Below, piece by piece: positions 9,827 through 19,274 of a DNA stretch of 32,509 bases. Source of the stretch: Candidatus Kapaibacterium sp. (GTDB taxonomy: Bacteria; Bacteroidota; Ignavibacteria; Kapaibacteriales; UBA2268); contig JAQUZU010000005.1 in the NCBI GenBank assembly GCA_028691175.1, positions 1 to 32,509 of the forward strand. The letters run 5' to 3'. The translations under genes were made by a program, and so were the position numbers. How positions within the stretch are numbered: position 1 is the stretch's first letter; each line of letters starts with the position of its first letter. The notes under the pieces were generated by a model, which was given only the letters and a program-made list of their open reading frames with translations, was not told where the DNA came from and searched no databases.

Positions 9827-11725
9827 ATGAACGAAGACGCTCAAAAAGTAGGCGAAGCCGCTCCGGCAAACGGCAAAACCCCGATGGACAACATTCAGCC
9901 GGCAAGACCTAAGAACGATTTCTCTCTCGACAAGATCACTCAGATCTTAGAGAGCGGTTTTGAAAGTTTAGACCTCGATGACAGTGCATTTAAAGCATTG
10001 ACAGAAAAAAGCATCACAAGTATCAAAGAAGACGAACTCGTATCCGGTAAGATCGTATACATTACCAAAGACGAAGTTCACGTAGACATAGGATTCAAAT
10101 CTGTAGGTATTGTCCCCAGAGCTGAATTATTAAACGCCGAAACTCTTGCAGTAGGCGACAAAATTGACGTATTTATTGAAAAAATCGAGGATGTAAACGG
10201 TAAATTACTCCTTTCTCGCCGTAGAGCAGACTTTATGCGCATTTGGGAAGACATTCTCAAATTATACGAAGAGCAAAAAATCGTTCCGGTTCGCATTCTT
10301 CGCCGTATCAAAGGCGGTATGGTCGTAGATTTGCTCGGTATCGAAGCATTCTTGCCGGGTAGCCAAATCGACGTTCGTCCGGTTCGCGATTTCGATGCAT
10401 GGGTAAATAAAGTTATTGACGTTCGCGTCGTAAAAGTAAATCACCCGAGCGAAAACGTGGTTGTAAGCCATAAAGTTCTTCTCGAAGAGCAACTCAGCGA
10501 ACAGCGTAGCGCAATCATCGACAAACTCGAAAAAGGTCTTGTACTCGAAGGTACAGTTAAAGCAATCTCCGACTTTGGCGTATTCGTTGACCTCGGCGGC
10601 ATTGACGGTCTCGTTCACATTACAGATCTTTCTTGGGGCAGAGTTACTCACCCGAGCGAAATCGTTAAACTCGACCAAATCGTTAAAGTTGTTATTCTGG
10701 ACTTCGATACAGACAAGAAGAGAATCTCTCTCGGCATGAAACAACTTACTCCACACCCATGGGATACCATCGGCGAGAAGTACGAAAAAGGCATCAAAGT
10801 TACCGGTAAGGTTGTCAGCCTGACTGACTACGGTGCTTTTATCGAAATCGAAAAAGGTATCGAGGGCTTAATCCACATCTCGGAAATGAGCTGGACTCAG
10901 CATGTTAAACATCCGTCTCAGATCGTTTCCATGGGACAAATGATTGAAGCAATCATCCTCAATATCGATAAAGAAAACAAAAAACTCGCTCTCGGCATGA
11001 AGCAACTTGAACCGGATCCATGGGAAGACCTTATGGTTAAATATCCGGAAGGTTCGCAACACCAAGGCGTAGTACGTAACTTAACCAACTTCGGCGTATT
11101 CGTTGAATTAGAGCCGGGCGTTGACGGTCTCGTTCATATCTCTGATTTGAGCTGGACAAAGAAAATCCGCCACCCGGGCGAATTCCTCAAAAAAGGCGAA
11201 TCTTTGGACGTAGTAGTTCTGAGTATCGATCCGTCTCAGCGCCGCATTGCTTTAGGCCACAAGCAAATCAACGAAAATCCTTGGGACTTCTTCGAGGGTA
11301 AATATCAAGTTGGTGCAGAAACTGAAGCAAAAGTAGAAAGAATTATCGAAAAAGGCGTTATCGTTGAATTGCCGGACGGCGTTGACGGTTTTGTTCCTGT
11401 ATCGCAACTTTCTTTCGCACCGGTTAAAAACATCAGCGAATACTTCAAACTCGGCGACGTTCTGCCGCTCAAAGTTGTTGAATTCGACAAAGATGCAAAG
11501 AAAATCGTTCTCTCAGTTGTAGAATGCCTCCGCGGAAAAGAAAAAGAAACCATCGATGCCTATAACATGGCTCACCCGGTTCCGAATTCCGACAAAGCTG
11601 CATTCGATCCGAATCTCGATCTCCCGATCGAAGAGGATACTGACTACGAATTAACCGAATACACTAAATCACCGTATGAAAAAGCACAAGAAGAAGCTGC
11701 TACTGAAGCAACTCCGGCTGAATAA
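9827..11725 (+). CDS. rpsA: 30S ribosomal protein S1
   Basis: 632 aa with six successive S1/OB repeats (G.V....FGAFV.L.GI.GL.H.SE.S type blocks) and an acidic C-terminal tail. Confidence 0.95.
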   Translation: MNEDAQKVGEAAPANGKTPMDNIQPARPKNDFSLDKITQILESGFESLDLDDSAFKALTEKSITSIKEDELVSGKIVYITKDEVHVDIGFKSVGIVPRAELLNAETLAVGDKIDVFIEKIEDVNGKLLLSRRRADFMRIWEDILKLYEEQKIVPVRILRRIKGGMVVDLLGIEAFLPGSQIDVRPVRDFDAWVNKVIDVRVVKVNHPSENVVVSHKVLLEEQLSEQRSAIIDKLEKGLVLEGTVKAISDFGVFVDLGGIDGLVHITDLSWGRVTHPSEIVKLDQIVKVVILDFDTDKKRISLGMKQLTPHPWDTIGEKYEKGIKVTGKVVSLTDYGAFIEIEKGIEGLIHISEMSWTQHVKHPSQIVSMGQMIEAIILNIDKENKKLALGMKQLEPDPWEDLMVKYPEGSQHQGVVRNLTNFGVFVELEPGVDGLVHISDLSWTKKIRHPGEFLKKGESLDVVVLSIDPSQRRIALGHKQINENPWDFFEGKYQVGAETEAKVERIIEKGVIVELPDGVDGFVPVSQLSFAPVKNISEYFKLGDVLPLKVVEFDKDAKKIVLSVVECLRGKEKETIDAYNMAHPVPNSDKAAFDPNLDLPIEEDTDYELTEYTKSPYEKAQEEAATEATPAE

Positions 11726-11753
11726 TTAAGTGATTTAAAAGATTAAATCTTGA

Positions 11754-11781
11754 GGGCGGATCCGGTATCCGCCCTTTTTTT
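11754..11781 (+). terminator. intrinsic terminator after rpsA
   Basis: GGGCGGAT (11754-11761) pairs with ATCCGCCC (11767-11774), 5-nt loop, T7 at 11775-11781. Confidence 0.85.
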
Positions 11782-11792
11782 GTGCTTTAAGT

Positions 11793-11830
11793 AAAAAAAC
11801 AGATTCTCCACTGAAATGCGGGGAACCTGT
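11793..11830 (-). terminator. intrinsic terminator after the OM beta-barrel gene
   Basis: Minus-strand RNA ACAGGUUCCCC...GGAGAAUCUGU forms a stem (one G-U, one mismatch) followed by a U-run (A-run 11793-11799 on the plus strand, the last A shared with the stem). Confidence 0.6.
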
Positions 11831-11870
11831 TTTTATATTTGCGGCAGCAACTACCGTTTATGCGACTGCA

Positions 11871-12545
11871 TTATTTGCAGGCTGCATCGCCGAAATAAAT
11901 TGCAAGCGAGAGCGTAAAATACGATTTCATTTCCTCGCCATCTTCGCGACCAATTAAGTTGACGTAATTATATTTGGCCTCTATATTCGCAAGGAAGAGA
12001 TAAAGATCTACGTCAAGTCCGGCACCGAAGCCCGCTCCCACACGATTGTAACTCGGGGATTCATCAAGGTTTAGCGGAGCCTGCACACCGGAATAATTTA
12101 CATTTACGGTATTTTTATTTATATTATACGAAAGTTCACCGGTCGCATACAGCCCGATTGCAGATCTGAGCAGATAATAATTGATGCCGGCAGAAATCGG
12201 AATAATATCCTGAACAGTCTCAAGAGTGACAATTTTTTCGCCGGTGTTCGGATTAGTCACATCGATACATGACTCGGGAAATCTGTTCCACGCAATACCG
12301 CCATGCAGCATCACGCCGCTTGACAGCGGAATTCGCGCTTTTGCGCCGATATGATAGCCGGTTTTCGCACCATTTCTAAACATGTTTCCGAGCTCGCCCA
12401 AAGACGAAATATTATCGGTATTGTAAACGTTGTTCATTTCATCATTCGGAGTGGAAAGTCCGCCGAAAAGCCCGATGCCCATTCCGGCCTGTGCAGGCAT
12501 TGCAAGCCCGACAATAGCGGCAATTAAAGTAAGAAATTTTTTCAT
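11871..12545 (-). CDS. small outer-membrane beta-barrel protein (OmpA-N/OmpW-like porin family)
   Basis: 224 aa. Signal peptide MKKFLTLIAAIVGLAMPAQA. Alternating hydrophobic beta-strand pattern with G/Y/N-rich turns (GAGFGAGLDVDLYLFLANIEAKYNYV). Confidence 0.75.
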   Translation of the reverse strand: MKKFLTLIAAIVGLAMPAQAGMGIGLFGGLSTPNDEMNNVYNTDNISSLGELGNMFRNGAKTGYHIGAKARIPLSSGVMLHGGIAWNRFPESCIDVTNPNTGEKIVTLETVQDIIPISAGINYYLLRSAIGLYATGELSYNINKNTVNVNYSGVQAPLNLDESPSYNRVGAGFGAGLDVDLYLFLANIEAKYNYVNLIGREDGEEMKSYFTLSLAIYFGDAACK

Positions 12546-12666
12546 TTAAGGTCTCCAAGTTAATTTTCAAAAAAGTATTTTAAATTTATAATATTTTGAC
12601 GTCTATAAACGTTTATAGTTACTAAATATTTTTATTTAAAAGATTTAAAAAATTGTACGATATATT

Positions 12667-13125
12667 ATGGATAATGAACTAAACGAGCTATACCAGCAGG
12701 TAATACTCGACCACAACAAAAACCCGCGCAATTTCGGCACGCTCGACCATTGCACACACGAGGCCGAGGGTTTCAATCCGCTATGTGGCGATAAATTCGA
12801 CGTGCAAATGGAAATCGACGGCAACGTAATCAAAAAAATAATGTTCAATGGTTCCGGCTGTGCAATCTCGAAGGCATCAGCCTCGATTATGACCACAATA
12901 ATTGAGGGAAAAACGGTCGAAGAAGCAGAAAAATATTTTGAAATTTTCCATGACCTGATTACTTCCGCGCCGGACGCAGAAATCGACGAAGATGCACTCG
13001 GAAAAATTGCCGTTCTCGCCGGAGTACGTGAATATCCGAGCCGGATTAAATGCGCAAACCTCGCTTGGCACACTATGCATAATGCAATCATAGAAAATCA
13101 TGACACAATTACTACGGATAAATAA
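12667..13125 (+). CDS. sufU: SufU/IscU-type Fe-S cluster assembly sulfur-transfer/scaffold protein
   Basis: 152 aa. LYQQVILDHNKNPRNFG, CGD, GSGCAISKASAS and SRIKCANLAWH, i.e. the three conserved Cys in SufU-type spacing. Confidence 0.9.
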   Translation: MDNELNELYQQVILDHNKNPRNFGTLDHCTHEAEGFNPLCGDKFDVQMEIDGNVIKKIMFNGSGCAISKASASIMTTIIEGKTVEEAEKYFEIFHDLITSAPDAEIDEDALGKIAVLAGVREYPSRIKCANLAWHTMHNAIIENHDTITTDK

Positions 13126-13126
13126 A

Positions 13127-13438
13127 ATGACGAACGAAGAACTTAAAGCAAAAATCATTGAGGGTATAAAAACCGTATTCGATCCGGAAATTCCGATTAA
13201 CGTCTGGGATTTAGGATTAATTTACGAACTAACGGTTACAGACGGCGGAAAAGTTAAAGTGCTGATGACGCTCACCGCGCCTAATTGTCCGGAGGCAGAA
13301 AGGCTTCCGCAGGAAGTGCTTGACCGAATAAAAGAAATTCCCGAGGTTGCACAGGCGGAACTAGAAATCACTTTCGAACCGGCATGGGACTTGCGGCGCC
13401 TATCGGACGACGCAAAACTTATGTTCGAATTGATATAA
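13127..13438 (+). CDS. DUF59 / SufT-like Fe-S assembly protein
   Basis: VFDPEIPINVWDLGLIY...LTAPNCP is the DUF59 (MIP18-family) signature. I chose the ATG at 13127, 1 nt after the sufU stop, instead of the overlapping track start at 13100. Confidence 0.85.
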   Translation: MTNEELKAKIIEGIKTVFDPEIPINVWDLGLIYELTVTDGGKVKVLMTLTAPNCPEAERLPQEVLDRIKEIPEVAQAELEITFEPAWDLRRLSDDAKLMFELI

Positions 13439-13568
13439 ACGCCGATTTATTATTTGCGGCATCACGGCATTATATTTATCGTCCGACACCTCGAAATCGG
13501 GAAAATTGGCACGAAATTAGTTGTAAATTTATAGTGATTAAGGTTTATAATCAATAAAGGAATACATA

Positions 13569-15551
13569 ATGCAAAAAAATTCCCGTATATATAATGTAGT
13601 GATTCTAGCATTGCTTGCCACATTCGGCATTCAATCGTGCAGCATGCCGGATTTAATCGTTCCGGAAAAAAACGCGCCAAAAGAATACCGTGCATACAAA
13701 GGCGACAGCGTCGAAATCCGCTGGAATTATCTGAATGCCGACCGCGTTTACATTGACGGATACGACGGAATGTATAACACGAGCGACTATATTCGCGTTT
13801 ATGCCGACAAATCCAAAGATATCGTCATCCGCGCATATCAGGGAAATGTCGATTCGTTAATCGAACGCAGAAGCATTATCGTCGGGCAAGAAACCGATGA
13901 AATTGCCGGCACAAACGACGCAACCGAAACTCCTGCAGAGGAACTGCAAAACGTTGCTCCGACTCCAAGCGTTACCGAACCGGAAAACATCTCTTCCCCG
14001 CAGCGCGGACCGCTCCGCGAGGAAGTTTTCTATGGCGAAGTCCGCACCGGACAAAGCGAATATTTCCGCGGCGTGAAGCGCGATGGCGGGTTTAATCCGA
14101 CTACTCTGCGCGTAACGCGAGTTACTCCCGAAGCCACCGTAAATGGCTATAAATTATATATGCGTGCATTATTGCTCGACGAGCACGGCAATTTTGTAGC
14201 TCGCGAACCGGACAACACGAACTATCATTTTAATCTTGATTACGGCTATAACGACAAAAAAGTCAGCCACGTTACGGACAAAGTTTACGAACTCGTCTCC
14301 GACGACGGTCGTGGCTGCGACTACACTTTTTTAGTCGATAATTCCCTTGCCGCCACCGAAAACGATAAAATCATGCAGGCAGTCCGCGAATTTGCGGGGC
14401 GATTGTCGCAGCAGGACAGAATGTCGCTCGCAGGATTTAACTCCGGCACGGAAAAAATGTTCGACATGATGTCGCCGGAATACGCTATTTCCGAACTGCG
14501 TTCGCTTTCGATGCCGAAGTCGCGCGGGCTGAATGCACTATATAAAGTTGCATATAAATCCGCAAAAGACGCAAAATCGACACACAACGAGCAAGCAATC
14601 GTAATAGTAACTCACTATAACGACAATGCATCCATTATATATTCAGCCAACGATTTGATAAAAATAGCCAATCAGAAACAAATTCCGGTCTATATTGTTG
14701 CGGTCGGCGATGCTCTGAAGACGTATTTTCTGAACTATATCTGCAATCGCACGGGCGGAAAATTCTATCATATTTTCAGTGATGAAACCGATAAAATCAA
14801 CGACATCTTGGCTGAAATTGCTTTTGGAATCAAGAACTATTACCTGATAGAATTCCCAAATATTACTGCACGCGAGTCCGTCGCAGATCAGCTTCGCGGC
14901 ACCCTTAAACTCAATGTTTCAAATACTCAGCTTGCCGACGCAGTAGACATATTTCCGCAGCCGATTGCCGAATATTTCCAGTATCAGGCACTTTCGCTGT
15001 TTGATTTCCGCTCGATCGAACTTTTGCCGGAATACCGTGCTTTGCTCGATTCGTTCGCAGTCGTTTTGCTGGATAATCCGCAATACAATGTTGCGTTGAT
15101 TGGTCATACTTCAGACGAAGGCAGCCCGGAATATATGTTCGCACTTTCGCTCGACCGTGCGAATGCGGTAAAAGACTATTTGATTGCCGCAGGCGTTCCG
15201 GCGAAACAAATCACGGTAAAATCTTTCGGCTATCGCAAACCGCTTTACTTCGGCATGATGATGGAACCATGGCAGGAGCGCATGAATCGCCGGGTAGAGG
15301 TTCGCTGGCTCGAGCCGGATCGTTTCCCGATGGAAATCGCTGTTGAAACAGCCGACACCGAAACCGAAGCAGGCAAACTCGAGCAGACATGGCAGAAACG
15401 CGGATACAAAGCATTCTATGAACGTATCATCGAAGCAGGCGAAGCAAAATATCAGATTAAACTCTGGGGATACCGCTCCCGCGAAGACGCCGAACGCGAT
15501 ATTCAGACAATTGAAGCAAAATACAAAGGCATTCATTGCGAAATTGAATAA
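13569..15551 (+). CDS. lipoprotein with vWA-like, OmpA-like and SPOR-like domains
   Basis: 660 aa. Signal plus Cys24 (LLATFGIQSC). vWA-like block aa ~250-420 (DYTFLVDNSLAATEND...VIVTHYNDN...VYIVAVGD). OmpA-like peptidoglycan-binding block aa ~475-582 (NVALIGHTSDEGSPEYMFALSLDRANAVKDYL...NRRVEVRW). SPOR-like tail aa ~585-660. Confidence 0.85.
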   Translation: MQKNSRIYNVVILALLATFGIQSCSMPDLIVPEKNAPKEYRAYKGDSVEIRWNYLNADRVYIDGYDGMYNTSDYIRVYADKSKDIVIRAYQGNVDSLIERRSIIVGQETDEIAGTNDATETPAEELQNVAPTPSVTEPENISSPQRGPLREEVFYGEVRTGQSEYFRGVKRDGGFNPTTLRVTRVTPEATVNGYKLYMRALLLDEHGNFVAREPDNTNYHFNLDYGYNDKKVSHVTDKVYELVSDDGRGCDYTFLVDNSLAATENDKIMQAVREFAGRLSQQDRMSLAGFNSGTEKMFDMMSPEYAISELRSLSMPKSRGLNALYKVAYKSAKDAKSTHNEQAIVIVTHYNDNASIIYSANDLIKIANQKQIPVYIVAVGDALKTYFLNYICNRTGGKFYHIFSDETDKINDILAEIAFGIKNYYLIEFPNITARESVADQLRGTLKLNVSNTQLADAVDIFPQPIAEYFQYQALSLFDFRSIELLPEYRALLDSFAVVLLDNPQYNVALIGHTSDEGSPEYMFALSLDRANAVKDYLIAAGVPAKQITVKSFGYRKPLYFGMMMEPWQERMNRRVEVRWLEPDRFPMEIAVETADTETEAGKLEQTWQKRGYKAFYERIIEAGEAKYQIKLWGYRSREDAERDIQTIEAKYKGIHCEIE

Positions 15552-15571
15552 TAACACATAAAAATCATCTA

Positions 15572-15600
15572 GGGCACATTAAATTTGTGCCCTTTTTTTT
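15572..15600 (+). terminator. intrinsic terminator
   Basis: GGGCACA (15572-15578) pairs with TGTGCCC (15586-15592). T8 at 15593-15600. Confidence 0.85.
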
Positions 15601-15700
15601 AATATCCGGAAGTAAATCTCCGCACTGCACTATATTTTCCGGATTTGCCACTTAAATCAAAGTAATTCAATAACTTTTTTGAAAATATTGTGAAAAATGT

Positions 15701-15731
15701 TTTGTTTATTTCAACCCCTTTATTATATTTG
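15701..15731 (+). promoter_or_regulatory. candidate Bacteroidota-type promoter (TTTG-N19-TATATTTG)
   Basis: TTTG at 15701-15704, 19-nt spacer, TATATTTG at 15724-15731, 54 nt upstream of the ATG at 15785. Motif match only. Confidence 0.35.
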
Positions 15732-15784
15732 TAATTATAGTATTCTATAATTCATAGAAAAACAATGATCTGAAAAGGACAAAA

Positions 15785-16828
15785 ATGGAAAATTCTGAAA
15801 AAAAATATAAAATTCTAATAGCTGAAGATGAAATCACTAATTCATTACTACTAAAAAGATTACTTACAAAAGCGAACTATGACGTAACAGTTACAAATAA
15901 TGGTGCGGCAGCATTCGAAGCAATGCAAAACGAAACTTTTGACGCAGTTCTTACCGACTGGATGATGCCAAACATGGACGGCATCGAACTTATCCAAAAA
16001 ATGCGTAGCGAAATGAAAGAACTTCCGCTGATAGTAATGATTACGGCACTTGTAAGCGAAGGCTCGCGAAATATCGCGTTAGAAGCCGGTGCAGACGAAT
16101 TTATCGCAAAGCCGATCGACGTAGAAGATCTTTTAATACACGTGAAAGACGGATTATGCAAAAAGAATCAGTCGGCTATGCCGGCTACTTTTACTCCGAC
16201 AAGTAAAAATAACGGTTTCGTCGCTGCAAACGCAAATACCGAGAAGCCACCATTCGTCGGCGTAGGCGTCGCCACCTCTACAGGCGGGCCGAGCGTACTT
16301 ATCGACATGTTCAGAAATATTCCGGAAGACGTTCCGGCAGCATTTTATCTTATCCAGCACGGACCAATCTGGATGCTGGATTTATTCACCACCAAGTTGC
16401 AGTCTGCAACTGCTCTGAAAGTATATCTTGCGCAAGACGGGCAGAAATCCGAACGCGGACGCATATATGTCGCTCCTGCCGACAAACACTTGACCATCGA
16501 CAAAGCCACCATGAAAATCGTACTCGACGACAATCCGAAAATCAACTTTGTTCGCCCATCGGCAGACCCGCTATTTACGTCGCTTTCGTATGCTTTCGGC
16601 AAATACAGTATCGGCGTAATCCTTACCGGATTAGGTCGCGACGGCGTTCAGGGAGTTTCGAATATTGCCGAAATCGGCGGTAAAGTAATAGTTCAGGATC
16701 CGCTCAAAGCAGTGGCTCCGCTTATGCCGCAAGCCGTCATCGACAGCGGAATCAATCTGACAATCGCTCAGACAGAAGACCTCGCTTTCACAACGAGAAA
16801 TACGATTGACGAATTATACGCAAACTAA
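15785..16828 (+). CDS. cheB: CheB-like response regulator / protein-glutamate methylesterase
   Basis: 347 aa. REC domain (KILIAEDE...DAVLTDWMMPNMDG...AKP). C-terminal CheB methylesterase with the Ser/His/Asp contexts ATSTGGPSVL, IQHGP and LTGLGRDGVQG. Confidence 0.88.
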   Translation: MENSEKKYKILIAEDEITNSLLLKRLLTKANYDVTVTNNGAAAFEAMQNETFDAVLTDWMMPNMDGIELIQKMRSEMKELPLIVMITALVSEGSRNIALEAGADEFIAKPIDVEDLLIHVKDGLCKKNQSAMPATFTPTSKNNGFVAANANTEKPPFVGVGVATSTGGPSVLIDMFRNIPEDVPAAFYLIQHGPIWMLDLFTTKLQSATALKVYLAQDGQKSERGRIYVAPADKHLTIDKATMKIVLDDNPKINFVRPSADPLFTSLSYAFGKYSIGVILTGLGRDGVQGVSNIAEIGGKVIVQDPLKAVAPLMPQAVIDSGINLTIAQTEDLAFTTRNTIDELYAN

Positions 16829-16880
16829 AGGACTTAGTCCTGTTGGCGTTTCATAACAAACTCACACATACACAAAAAAA

Positions 16881-16906
16881 GGGCGATCAATTTCGCCCTT
16901 TTTTTT
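16881..16906 (+). terminator. intrinsic terminator
   Basis: GGGCGA (16881-16886) pairs with TCGCCC (16893-16898). T8 at 16899-16906. Confidence 0.85.
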
Positions 16907-17015
16907 GCATACAATCCGCATTTGTTTCTGAATTACAACAATTACTTAATTTGTCCCGCCTCTAAATAATCATTTTTGCATTTAGATATAATTTTCTCGA
17001 AAATCTTTTTTAAAG

Positions 17016-17047
17016 TTTGTTTTTGTTGTCAAATGTCGCTATTTTTG
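17016..17047 (+). promoter_or_regulatory. candidate Bacteroidota-type promoter for the mmd operon (TTTG-N20-TATTTTTG)
   Basis: TTTG at 17016-17019, 20-nt spacer, TATTTTTG at 17040-17047, about 93 nt upstream of the mmdA ATG. Motif match only. Confidence 0.35.
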
Positions 17048-17139
17048 TGTTTTATTAATTTATACATATTGGAAAAGTATATACAAAAAATAGAAAGTAA
17101 ACTTTTTCATTAATCATAAAAACAGGTAAAAAACTAAAT

Positions 17140-18696
17140 ATGAGTACTAACAAAGAAAAAATCGACGAGCTTCGCGAGAAGAAAGCCAAAGCCCTTTTAG
17201 GCGGTGGCGAAAAACGCATCGAGAAGCAGCATCAGCAGGGCAAACTCTCTGCAAGAGAGCGTCTCGGATTACTGTTTGATAATGGATTCTATGATGAATT
17301 CTTTATTTTTGCAGAACCAAACAAACAACTTTGCGATCATCCAAACGCTAAAGAAATGCACGCAGACGGCGTTGCAACCGCTTTGGGCGCAGTAGATGGC
17401 AGATTAGCTTATGCCGCATCGCAGGACTTCACGGTTTCCGGCGGTTCAGTAGGCTATATGCACGCATGGAAAATTTGCGAAATGGGTCGCAAGGCTCTTC
17501 GCGACGGTGCACCATTTATTACAATCAACGATTCGGGTGGAGCACGTATTCAGGAAGGTATCAACGCATTGCGCGGATATGGTGAAATATTTTATCACAA
17601 CACATTGCTCTCCGGCGTAGTTCCGCAGATTGCAATCATCTCCGGCCCGTGTGCGGGCGGTGCTGCATATTCTCCGGCTTTGATGGATTTCATCATTATG
17701 GTCAAGAATACCGGCAAGTTGTTCATCACCGGTCCTAACGTAATCAAAGAAGTTACCGGCGAAGACATTTCCGCAGAAGAACTCGGCGGCGCAATGGCTC
17801 ACGCAGTTAACAGTGGTAACATTCACTTTGTAGCAGAAGACGACGAAGACGCAATTGCAATTACCAAGAAACTTCTTAGTTATTTGCCGAGCAACAATAC
17901 AGAAGAACCACCGTACACCGGTTCTTGCGAACTTGAAATTCCAAACGACGAATCACTCAACAGCATTTTGCCGGATGATCCGCGCGAAGCATACGACATG
18001 TTCGATGTATTGAACAAAGTATTCGATCCGGGTTCGATCTTCGAAATTCAGGCAGATTGGGCTAAATCAATCATTATCGCTTTCGCTCGCCTCAACGGCA
18101 GAGTAGTCGGCGTAGTTGCTAATCAACCGAACTATATGGGCGGTATCCTCGACATCAACTCGAGCGATAAAGGTGCTCGTTTCATCCGTTTCTGCAACGC
18201 ATTCAATATTCCTATATTGACATTAGTAGATGTACCGGGCTTTATGCCGGGTATCGAGCAGGAATTTGGCGGCATTATTCGCCACGGCGCTAAGATGCTC
18301 TTTGCTTATTCTTCGGCAACAGTTCCGAAACTGACTCTTATTCTCCGCAAGGCTTATGGTGGAGCATTCTTGGCAATGTGTGCTAAATCTCTCGGTGCAG
18401 ACCGCGTAGCTGCATGGCCAACTGCAGAAATCGCCGTTATGGGACCTGAAGGTGCAGTTGCAGTACTTAATAAAGATGAAATCAAAAACGCTGCAGATCC
18501 GAAGGCAAAACGCCAAGAACTCATTCAAGAGTACAAAGACAATTTGCTCAACCCATACGTTGCAGCATCTATCGGCATGATTGACTCCGTTATCGAACCA
18601 ATGCAGACTCGTCTTTACTTATCGATTGCTCTCGAAACATCTAAGAGCAAGAGAGAATTAAGACCACAGAAAAAACACGGCTTAATTCCAATGTAA
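17140..18696 (+). CDS. mmdA: methylmalonyl-CoA decarboxylase alpha subunit (carboxyltransferase; propionyl-CoA carboxylase beta-chain family)
   Basis: 518 aa. Typical carboxyl_trans family sequence (GKLSARERL, DFTVSGGSVG, SGGARIQEG, ISGPCAGGAAYSPAL, RKAYGGA). Operon context with OadG-like, biotin carrier and OadB-like genes. Confidence 0.92.
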   Translation: MSTNKEKIDELREKKAKALLGGGEKRIEKQHQQGKLSARERLGLLFDNGFYDEFFIFAEPNKQLCDHPNAKEMHADGVATALGAVDGRLAYAASQDFTVSGGSVGYMHAWKICEMGRKALRDGAPFITINDSGGARIQEGINALRGYGEIFYHNTLLSGVVPQIAIISGPCAGGAAYSPALMDFIIMVKNTGKLFITGPNVIKEVTGEDISAEELGGAMAHAVNSGNIHFVAEDDEDAIAITKKLLSYLPSNNTEEPPYTGSCELEIPNDESLNSILPDDPREAYDMFDVLNKVFDPGSIFEIQADWAKSIIIAFARLNGRVVGVVANQPNYMGGILDINSSDKGARFIRFCNAFNIPILTLVDVPGFMPGIEQEFGGIIRHGAKMLFAYSSATVPKLTLILRKAYGGAFLAMCAKSLGADRVAAWPTAEIAVMGPEGAVAVLNKDEIKNAADPKAKRQELIQEYKDNLLNPYVAASIGMIDSVIEPMQTRLYLSIALETSKSKRELRPQKKHGLIPM

Positions 18697-18723
18697 CAGT
18701 AACAATGAGAATATAAAAAAATA

Positions 18724-19086
18724 ATGAATGATAACGTTTTATTAGCCACACAAATGCTCGTAATTGGAGTGGGTGGCGTGTTTGTAGCATTGATATTTTT
18801 TGCAATTGTAATTGCAATAATTCGCGATGCTAAATCTTGGTTCGGGAAAAAACAACAACCGGCTGCTGCTGTTTCTGCAGAAAAATCAGTTGTCTCTGTT
18901 CCGAAGGAGGATCCACGCGATATCGTGGCAATAATTTCTGCTGCTGCCGAAGTCGCTTATGGCAAAAGAGTTAAAATTACGAAAATATCCTTCTTACAAA
19001 GTCATGCAGATTCCGGATGGACAGAGTATAGCAGGTTGGGCACAATGTCGAACCATAACATAATATTGAAGGGAACCATGAGATGA
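18724..19086 (+). CDS. mmdD: methylmalonyl-CoA decarboxylase delta subunit (OadG-family membrane anchor)
   Basis: 120 aa. A single N-terminal TM helix (LVIGVGGVFVALIFFAIVIAII) as in OadG/MmdD, plus operon position. Confidence 0.8.
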   Translation: MNDNVLLATQMLVIGVGGVFVALIFFAIVIAIIRDAKSWFGKKQQPAAAVSAEKSVVSVPKEDPRDIVAIISAAAEVAYGKRVKITKISFLQSHADSGWTEYSRLGTMSNHNIILKGTMR

Positions 19087-19268
19087 AAGATGAAAAAATA
19101 TCCGAAGAAATTCTCGCCTTAATTACTGCCGTTGCAGTCGCTGCAACAGGTAAAAAGGTTGAAGTAAAAAGAATCAGTTTCCTAAATCCGCAACAAGAAA
19201 ACCGTAGTTGGACTCTTGTCGGAAAAGTAAATACAATGTCGAATCATAATTATAATTTAAAAGGATAA
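19083..19268 (+). CDS. mmdE: methylmalonyl-CoA decarboxylase epsilon-like small subunit (paralog of the delta C-terminus)
   Basis: 61 aa. The start overlaps the mmdD stop (ATGA). The sequence ALITAVAVAATGKKVEVKRISFLNP..WTLVGKVNTMSNHNYNLKG aligns with mmdD residues AIISAAAEVAYGKRVKITKISFLQS..WTEYSRLGTMSNHNIILKG. Confidence 0.75.
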   Translation: MKDEKISEEILALITAVAVAATGKKVEVKRISFLNPQQENRSWTLVGKVNTMSNHNYNLKG

Positions 19269-19274
19269 ATATAA

